64,000 nucleotides of DNA, taken from assembly GCF_009914755.1 (NCBI RefSeq), contig NC_060946.1; one strand, given 5' to 3'. Shown here piece after piece: positions 56,778 through 64,000 of the stretch. The notes beneath the pieces are model-generated. The model was given only the letters and a program-made list of their open reading frames with translations, searched no databases and had not been told where the DNA came from. The first letter of the stretch is position 1. Each line of letters starts with the position of its first letter. The translations under genes and the position numbers were made by a program. The stretch comes from the human T2T-CHM13v2.0 reference genome, Homo sapiens.

Positions 56778-59700
56778 GATTAGGAAACCTGCAGCTCCCA
56801 GGGGCCCCCACTAATGTTCTAACTCGCAGAAGGAAGGAGTGTGTGTGCGTGTGTGCGTGTGCGTGTGTGTGTGTGTGTTTGTGTGTGTGCGGTGTGAGGT
56901 ATGGGCCCCTTAAGGAAATGGAAATCAACCAACCAATGGGACAGACAGACAGACAGACAGACAGAGATTCACTTGCCCAAGTGTTCTGTCCTGTCCTCTG
57001 AATCCGCTTTCAAGTCGCAAGACGCTGTGAGCTCCAAGTCCACGCAGAGTCCGCCAAACGCTCCGGCCGCTGATCCGCTCCGCGAAGATCTGAGTACAGG
57101 CCAGCCAGGGTGGGTTTAAATAGCCTCGGGCGCAGCCTAGCAGCGGAAAGGGCGGAGCTTCACTCCTCCTTTCCATCAGTCACCCCCAACTTTCCCAGGC
57201 TACACCTCGTAGGAAACTGTTCTCCTGCTTTGATTTCATGCGCCACCTTTGGGACAATCTAAGAACTTACAGGTTTTCTTGGCCAGATTTATTAGGAATT
57301 GTATGCACTGAAACACTGAAAACCAACTAGTGGTTCTGTGCTTCCCACGTTGTGGTTTTGACACCAGCAGCATCCTTGCCACAATCAAACCCCGGAGATC
57401 CGCAGATCTGTGTTGTAACAAGACCTCCCCCTGACCCTGATGCATGGCAGTTGAAGAAGTCTTTCCGTGTAAGCGAAAAGACTTTGAAGAAAAGGTGGAG
57501 ATATGCGTAGTATAAACATTCTTTGGCTCTGGAACCACGTAGAGACTTGGGAGCCAGTTGGGTGGAGCATTCGTTGGATGAGGGTGCTCGGGTTAGGAAT
57601 ATCAAGGTGTTTCTCCAGATAATCCAATCATCTAATTAAGATTCCAGTTATGCTCATCTGTTTTAAAATTCCGTTTGGGTAAATTCTTTTAGTCAGACTG
57701 AGAATGGCAAAGCCTCAAGCCCAATTTCCAGGGAGGGTGGAGAGCCTCAGGTGGAGTTGATCACCAATAGCCTATGGTTTAACCCATCATGCCTATAGAA
57801 TGAGGTCTCCATCAAAACCCAAAAGGACTGGGTTCAGAGAGCTTCTGGATAACACTTCCTGGAAGGTAGTGCACCCCTCCCCGCATGCCGGGCCCCACAT
57901 TTATTTCTGAACTTTGTGCAATGTCCGCTAAAATACAACGGCAAATGTAAGTGTTTCCCTGCGTGCTGTGAGCTCTTCCAGCAAATGAATGCAACTAAAT
58001 CTGGGAGTGGTGGCAACCTGATTTATAGCCAGTTGCTGAGAAGCACAGGTAAAACAACGTAGGGCTTCCCATTGTTATTGGTGTGGGAGGCCTGTCTGGC
58101 GGGACTCGGCCCTTTGGAATCTAATGCTATGTCCCGGTAGATAGCGTCACCATTGAATTAGAAGACACACATATGTGGAGAATAATCTTTCTGGTCATTT
58201 ACTGCATGTCATATTTACAATATGTAATCAAATTCTTTATCCTGACCTTATGGCACCTGGGTTTAGGACCATGATTTGAACCAAACGTTGGTCTGTCACT
58301 TTCTGAGTTTGAAACTTTATTTTGCCTTTAGCGTTTTGCTATTGCTTTTTCGTTTTCTTTTGTTTCGTTTCGTTTCTAAGTTCTGGGGTATATGTGCAGG
58401 ATGTGCAGATTTGTTACTAAGGTAAACGTGTGCCATGGTGGTTTGCTGCACCTGTCAACCCGTCACCTAGGTATTAAGCCCAGCATGCAGTAGCTGTTTT
58501 TCTTAACGCTCTGCCTCCCGAAAGGCCCCAGTGTGTGTTGTTCCCCTTCCTGTGTCCATGGGATCTCACTTTTCAGCTCCCATTATAAGTGAGAAGGTGG
58601 CGTTTGGTTTTCTTTCCCTGGATTAGTTTGCTGACGATAATGACCACACATCACCACTGTTTTTGTTTTTTAGTATAAAGAGTAGTATTTTATTGAATAA
58701 GATTTGCTCACAGAAAAATAAGCTTAAATCTACAATGAATGCCAGACCCTACAGCAGAAAGCAATTTTCTCACTTTTCCACACACAATGGTTCCTACTAA
58801 GTGAAAAAAAAGCCATAAAATTTCATTCACAAATGTACTACTCTGTCTCAAAACATCTCACGTAATCATGCACTGTACTAAAGCCATCAGATCAGTTCTT
58901 CAGTCAGGTTAAAGAAGTATCCCTCTAATAACTGACTTTTATAATGCTATCAATATCCACTCCCAATCAGTCTGCCATTGTTAATGGTGTACAGCATTAC
59001 TGAATACAACGGAATTGATGACGCCCATATCCACAGACAAACCGTGACTTATGATGGTTTGACTTATGATTTTTCAACGTTATGATGGGTTTATTGGAAT
59101 ATTAGATTCGTTTCTGAGTTACACTGGGTTTATGAGTATGCGACCCTACACTCCAGAAACAGCTGTATAAGGAAAAACAGGAGTACCTAATAAAAATATG
59201 CTTAGTGACTTGGGATAAACCAATAGATGTTCACAAGTGATGGAGAGCCGTGAAAGAGAGATAGCGGTAAATAGTTACAATAACACAATTTTCCTGCACC
59301 TGTCGAGGATTTCCCCCAAAAAACGCAGAATGTGGGATGCACCTAAGGCATATGAAAGAGAGAGGGCAGAAGGAGTAAGAGAGAAATAGGAGGAAGGAAG
59401 GAAGGAAGCAAGCAAGGTAGAAAGGAAGGAAGGAAAGAAGGAAGGAAGGACGGAAGGAAGGAAGGAAGGAAGGAAGGAAGGAAGGAAGGAAGGAAAGAAG
59501 GATGAAAGGAAGGAGAAAACACCGGTGTTACTAAAACCCCCCAAAAAATGGTTTCCCCCTGTGGGTAAGCCTACAATGTGGATGAATCTTGAAAATATTG
59601 TGCTACGTGTTATGTCAGTCATAGCAGCTCACCTATTGTGCAATTCCGTTTATAGGAAATTTCCACAATAAGGAAATCTATGCATATGGGATTGATCGCA

Positions 59701-60111
59701 CTAGGTAGTTGCTACCTAGGGCTGAGGGTCAGGGAGAGGGTTTGAGACAGAATGAGGAGTGACTAATGTCTACAGGGTCTTTCTCTGGTCGGGGGTGATA
59801 AGACGTTTTACAATGGATTGCGAATTAAAATTGAATGTGCACAACCACAGGTATACTAAAAGCCACTCAATTCATGACCTTTAATGGGGGAATCTTACGT
59901 GGCGTAGTCTCATGGAGACCACGGCAGACATAGTGAGAGAGAAAAAGGTGAGTAAATATCTGAAACGGAGGCAGAAACAGAGAGAATGAAAAGCCCTGTG
60001 AATGGAAGGGAGAGCGAAAAGGGAAAATGGTCCTATTTACAAATGACAGATGTGAAACTGGGGTTCACATCAACAGTGTCACTGCCAGGAAGGAGGGTCA
60101 TGCTAGCCATG

Positions 60112-63090
60112 TCACCGGTAGTGTGGCCCGCAGGGACGCCGACCTGCTGGAGCGTCGTGCCAGCATGGGCTGTGGCAACCACGTGGGCCAGCAGGAGGTT
60201 CCCGCTGCACAGCTGTGGGGTGAGGATAGACTGGGTGGTGATATCGGCCATTACAGGGGCCTCTTCTGCTGGCAAGAGTGTGACAGTAGCAAGTAGATGG
60301 ACAGGCCTGCGTGTGAGGACGGAATGCAGGAGGGGTTCTTGTGCGCCTGGGTGTGGGGCCCTCACGGGAACCGTGGAGAAATGGCCAGGTAACTGCGTCA
60401 TGTGGGCTAGTAGATTGGCCAGGGCTTCGAACTGAAGGACGATAACGGGGAGTAGCTGTCAGGCCCTGGGAGTGCCTGAGTGTAAGTGGAGATGGGTTTG
60501 GGGTCACTGAGGGATGCGTGGGAGCCATCCCTGTATAGGTACAGGTCATAGGGAGATAGTCTCGTGAGGCCTGTGAGTGTCTAGGGTTGTCCTGGGTGCC
60601 TGGGGCTGACTGTGGCAGAAATCTGGGGAAGGCTGGAGAGAAGCTGGGAGACCCAGGAGAGTCCCTGAAGGCAGGGGGTGAAGAGGTGAAAGAAATGGGG
60701 GAGGGTTGCAGTAAGGTCCGTGAGTTTGTAGGTGATTCCTGGGTGCGGGAAGCTGACTCCAGGTGAAATCTGGAGATGGTTGGAGAGTAGCTGAGAGAGA
60801 CAGAAGAGTCCCTGAGGGCTGGGGGTGAGAACATGAGGGAGACGGGGGAGTAAGTCAGTGAAATTCGTGAGCTCGGTGGTGTATCGTGGGTGCCTGGAAC
60901 TGACTCCAGCTGGAATCTAGAGAAGTTTTGAGAGTAGCTGAAGGAGACACAAGAGTCCCTGTGGGCTGAGGGCAAAGACCTGAGACAGACCAGGGAGGAC
61001 CTCAGTGAAGTCTGTGAGTCTGTAGGTGATTCCGGAGTGTGGGAGGCTGACTCCCGCTGAAATATGGGCGTGGTGGGAGAGTAGCTGGGACAGACAGGAG
61101 AGTCCCTGAGGACTGGTGAAGACATGAGAGAGACTGGAGAGTAATTGAGTGAAATTGGTGAGTTTGGTGGTGATTCCTGGGTGCCTGGAACTGACTCCCG
61201 CTGAAGTGTGGGCATGGTTGGAGAGTAGCTGGGACACACAGGAGAGTCCCTGAGGGTTGGAGATAAAGACGTGCTAGAGACTGAGGAGTAACTGAGTGAA
61301 ATTGGTGAGTTTGGTGGTGATTCCGGGGTGCCTGGAACGGACTCCAGCTGAAATGTGGGCGTGGTTGGAGAGTAGCTGGGACAGACGGGAGAGTCCCTGA
61401 GGGATGGTGAAGACATGAGAGAGACTGGGGAGTAACGCAGTGAAATTGGTGAGTTTGGTGGTGATTTCTGGGTGCCTGCAACGGACTCCCGCTGAAGTGT
61501 GGGCGTGCTTGGAGAGTAGCTGGGACAGACAGGCGAGTCCCTGAGGGTTGGAGATAAAGACGTGCTAGAGACTGAGGAGTAACTGAGTGAAATTGGTGAG
61601 TTTGGTGGTGATTCCGGGGTGCCTGGAACGGACTCCAGCTGAAATGTGGGCGTGGTTGGAGAGTAGCTGGGACAGACGGGAGAGTCCCTGAGGGATGGTG
61701 AAGACATGAGAGAGACTGGGGAGTAACGCAGTGAAATTGGTGAGTTTGGTGGTGATTTCTGGGTGCCTGCAACGGACTCCCGCTGAAGTGTGGGCGTGCT
61801 TGGAGAGTAGCTGGGACAGACAGGCGAGTCCCTGAGGGTTGGAGATAAAGACGTGCTGGAGACTGGGGAGTAACTCAGTGAAAGTGGTGGGCTTGGTGGT
61901 GATCCCAGGGTTCCTGGAACTGACCCGCGCTGAAATGTGGGCGTGGTTGGAGAGTAGCTGGGACAGACTGGAGGGTCCGTAAGGGCTGGGGGTGAAGACG
62001 TGAGAGAGACTGGCGAGGATCTCACTGAGGTCTGTGAGTTTGTAGGTGTTTCTGGGGTGTGGGGTACAGACTCCCGCTGAAATCTGGGCGTAGTTGGAGA
62101 GTAGCTGGGACAGACAGGAGAGTCATGGGTGGCTGGGGGTGAGCTGCTGGATGATGGCAGTAAGAACATATGGTACATTATTGATGAATGAGGTGACTGT
62201 GAAGAATCTCCAGAGGAGGACACGGGAGAACACAATGACATGAGTGACTGTCCTGCTTGGTTAGGAAAGGGAAACGTAAAGTTGTGGAATTCTGTTGATG
62301 ATGGATGTGAGAGTGGTGAAGCCCTGCGGGATGATGTAGAGGACTTCCACATCCCTGGTGAGGAGCTGCCCCTTGGGTCTGAGTTTCTGGGAGGGGAGAG
62401 GGAGAAGCTGGGTGAGGCAGGCATGAATCTTGAGGAGTCAGGGCTGGGGGACCGCTCATATTCTCCCGAGACCTGTGAGTCTCTGGGGGACTCCTGGGTG
62501 CATGGGGCTGACTCCCGCAGGAACCTGGGGATGGCTGGAGAGTAACTGGGAGCCACAGGAGGGTCCCTGAGGCCTGGGGGTGAAGAGATGCAAGACACAG
62601 GGGTGGAGCAGCGTGAGGCTCGTGAGTTTGTAGGTGATTCCTGGGTGTGGGGGGCTGACTCCAGCTGAAATCTGGGGTTGTTTGGAGAGTAGCTGGGAGA
62701 CACAGGAGAACCCCCGAGAGCTGGGGGTGAGCTGCTGGGTGATGGCAGTAAGAACATGTGGTATATTATTGATGAACGTGGGGACTCTGAGGAGTCCTCA
62801 GAGGAGGACACGGCAGAGCCCAATGGCTTCATTGATTGCCCATCACGGTGAGGACAGGGAAATGGGAGCTTGTGGGATTCTGGTGATGACAGAGGTGAGT
62901 GTGGTGAAGCCCTAGGGGATGGTGAATGGTAGTTCCGGATCCCTGGTGAGGAGCTTCCCCTTAAGCCGGAGTTTCTGAGAGGGGAGAGGGAGAAGCTGGG
63001 TGAGGCTCGCATGGACCTTGGGGTGTCCGTGCTGGGGGACCGTTCATAAGAAGAGCCAGACAAGACCCTACTGTTCTTAGGTGCAGACAT
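60112..63090 (-). CDS. Ser/Pro-rich CTD-like repeat protein, copy 10 (992 aa, two repeats fewer)
   Basis: Intact ORF, exactly 98 aa (294 bp = 2 x 147) shorter than copies 2-9. Confidence 0.7.
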   Translation of the reverse strand: MSAPKNSRVLSGSSYERSPSTDTPRSMRASPSFSLSPLRNSGLRGSSSPGIRNYHSPSPRASPHSPLSSPESHKLPFPCPHRDGQSMKPLGSAVSSSEDSSESPRSSIIYHMFLLPSPSSSPPALGGSPVSPSYSPNNPRFQLESAPHTQESPTNSRASRCSTPVSCISSPPGLRDPPVAPSYSPAIPRFLRESAPCTQESPRDSQVSGEYERSPSPDSSRFMPASPSFSLSPPRNSDPRGSSSPGMWKSSTSSRRASPLSHPSSTEFHNFTFPFPNQAGQSLMSLCSPVSSSGDSSQSPHSSIMYHMFLLPSSSSSPPATHDSPVCPSYSPTTPRFQRESVPHTPETPTNSQTSVRSSPVSLTSSPPALTDPPVCPSYSPTTPTFQRGSVPGTLGSPPSPPLSLSYSPVSSTSLSPTLRDSPVCPSYSPSTPTLQRESVAGTQKSPPNSPISLRYSPVSLMSSPSLRDSPVCPSYSPTTPTFQLESVPGTPESPPNSPISLSYSSVSSTSLSPTLRDSPVCPSYSPSTPTLQRESVAGTQKSPPNSPISLRYSPVSLMSSPSLRDSPVCPSYSPTTPTFQLESVPGTPESPPNSPISLSYSSVSSTSLSPTLRDSPVCPSYSPTMPTLQRESVPGTQESPPNSPISLNYSPVSLMSSPVLRDSPVCPSYSPTTPIFQRESASHTPESPTDSQTSLRSSLVCLRSLPSAHRDSCVSFSYSQNFSRFQLESVPGTHDTPPSSRISLTYSPVSLMFSPPALRDSSVSLSYSPTISRFHLESASRTQESPTNSRTLLQPSPISFTSSPPAFRDSPGSPSFSPAFPRFLPQSAPGTQDNPRHSQASRDYLPMTCTYTGMAPTHPSVTPNPSPLTLRHSQGLTATPRYRPSVRSPGQSTSPHDAVTWPFLHGSREGPTPRRTRTPPAFRPHTQACPSTCYCHTLASRRGPCNGRYHHPVYPHPTAVQREPPAGPRGCHSPCWHDAPAGRRPCGPHYR

Positions 63091-64000
63091 GATTAGGAAA
63101 CCTGCAGCTCCCAGGGGCCCCCACTAATGTTCTAACTCGCAGAAGGAAGGAGTGTGTGTGCGTGTGTGCGTGTGCGTGTGTGTGTGTGTGTTTGTGTGTG
63201 TGCGGTGTGAGGTATGGGCCCCTTAAGGAAATGGAAATCAACCAACCAATGGGACAGACAGACAGTCAGACAGACAGACAGACAGAGATTCACTTGCCCA
63301 AGTGTTCTGTCCTGTCCTCTGAATCCGCTTTCAAGTCGCAAGACGCTGTGAGCTCCAAGTCCACGCAGAGTCCGCCAAACGCTCCGGCCGCTGATCCGCT
63401 CCGCGAAGATCTGAGTACAGGCCAGCCAGGGTGGGTTTAAATAGCCTCGGGCGCAGCCTAGCAGCGGAAAGGGCGGAGCTTCACTCCTCCTTTCCATCAG
63501 TCACCCCCAACTTTCCCAGGCTACACCTCGTAGGAAACTGTTCTCCTGCTTTGATTTCATGCGCCACCTTTGGGACAATCTAAGAACTTACAGGTTTTCT
63601 TGGCCAGATTTATTAGGAATTGTATGCACTGAAACACTGAAAACCAACTAGTGGTTCTGTGCTTCCCACGTTGTGGTTTTGACACCAGCAGCATCCTTGC
63701 CACAATCAAACCCCGGAGATCCGCAGATCTGTGTTGTAACAAGACCTCCCCCTGACCCTGATGCATGGCAGTTGAAGAAGTCTTTCCGTGTAAGCGAAAA
63801 GACTTTGAAGAAAAGGTGGAGATATGCGTAGTATAAACATTCTTTGGCTCTGGAACCACGTAGAGACTTGGGAGCCAGTTGGGTGGAGCATTCGTTGGAT
63901 GAGGGTGCTCGGGTTAGGAATATCAAGGTGTGGCTCCAGATAATCCAATCATCTAATTAAGATTCCAGTTATGCTCATCTGTTTTAAAATTCCGTTTGGG

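Larger units (their letters stand above)
1..64000. repeat. ~6.6-kb macrosatellite tandem array, ~9.7 copies, extending beyond both window ends
   Basis: The same ORF set and sequence recur; long-ORF starts at 3993, 10586, 17179, 23772, 30373, 36974, 43575, 50176, 56777, 63090. Copies differ only by scattered SNPs, microsatellite length and one 294-bp deletion. Confidence 0.99.

Noticed and set aside
7314-63090. ORF intactness in all ten copies as proof of purifying selection
   Set aside because: Copies are nearly identical and not independent, and many inter-copy SNPs are non-synonymous (R8K, I>N, S>F, R>H).
1-64000. Identification as the PRR20 macrosatellite (similar ~6.6-kb unit) or as D4Z4, USP17L, TAF11L, FAM90A
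   Set aside because: None of the translated ORFs resembles those proteins as I recall them. I vaguely recall a VNTR-containing composite array on distal human chr13 but cannot verify it, so no locus or symbol is assigned.

Overview
Primate (simian-type repeats) genomic DNA. The whole window is a head-to-tail macrosatellite of ~9.7 near-identical units: periods between ORF starts are 6593, 6593, 6593, 6601 x5 and 6313 bp. Each unit carries one minus-strand, uninterrupted ORF of 992-1090 aa encoding a Ser/Pro/Thr-rich protein built from 48/49-aa (144/147-bp) repeats. The 49-aa repeat parses as seven heptads, several resembling the RNA polymerase II CTD heptad YSPTSPS (e.g. DSPVCPS-YSPTTPT, NSPISLS-YSPVSLM). 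Upstream of each ORF are a TATA box at -31 from an initiator match, a GC box (intact in copies 4-10, mutated in 1-3), an AUG-free leader and a DUX4-type motif. The spacer contains MER21 LTR, L1PA, L1M and MER47-like fragments, a poly(A)-tailed mRNA-like 3' end and GGAA/CA/CAGA microsatellites. Best hypothesis (inference, untested): a tandemly amplified, possibly DUX4/early-embryo-activated gene family encoding a disordered Pol II CTD-like protein. I cannot assign a gene symbol, and nothing here demonstrates expression.
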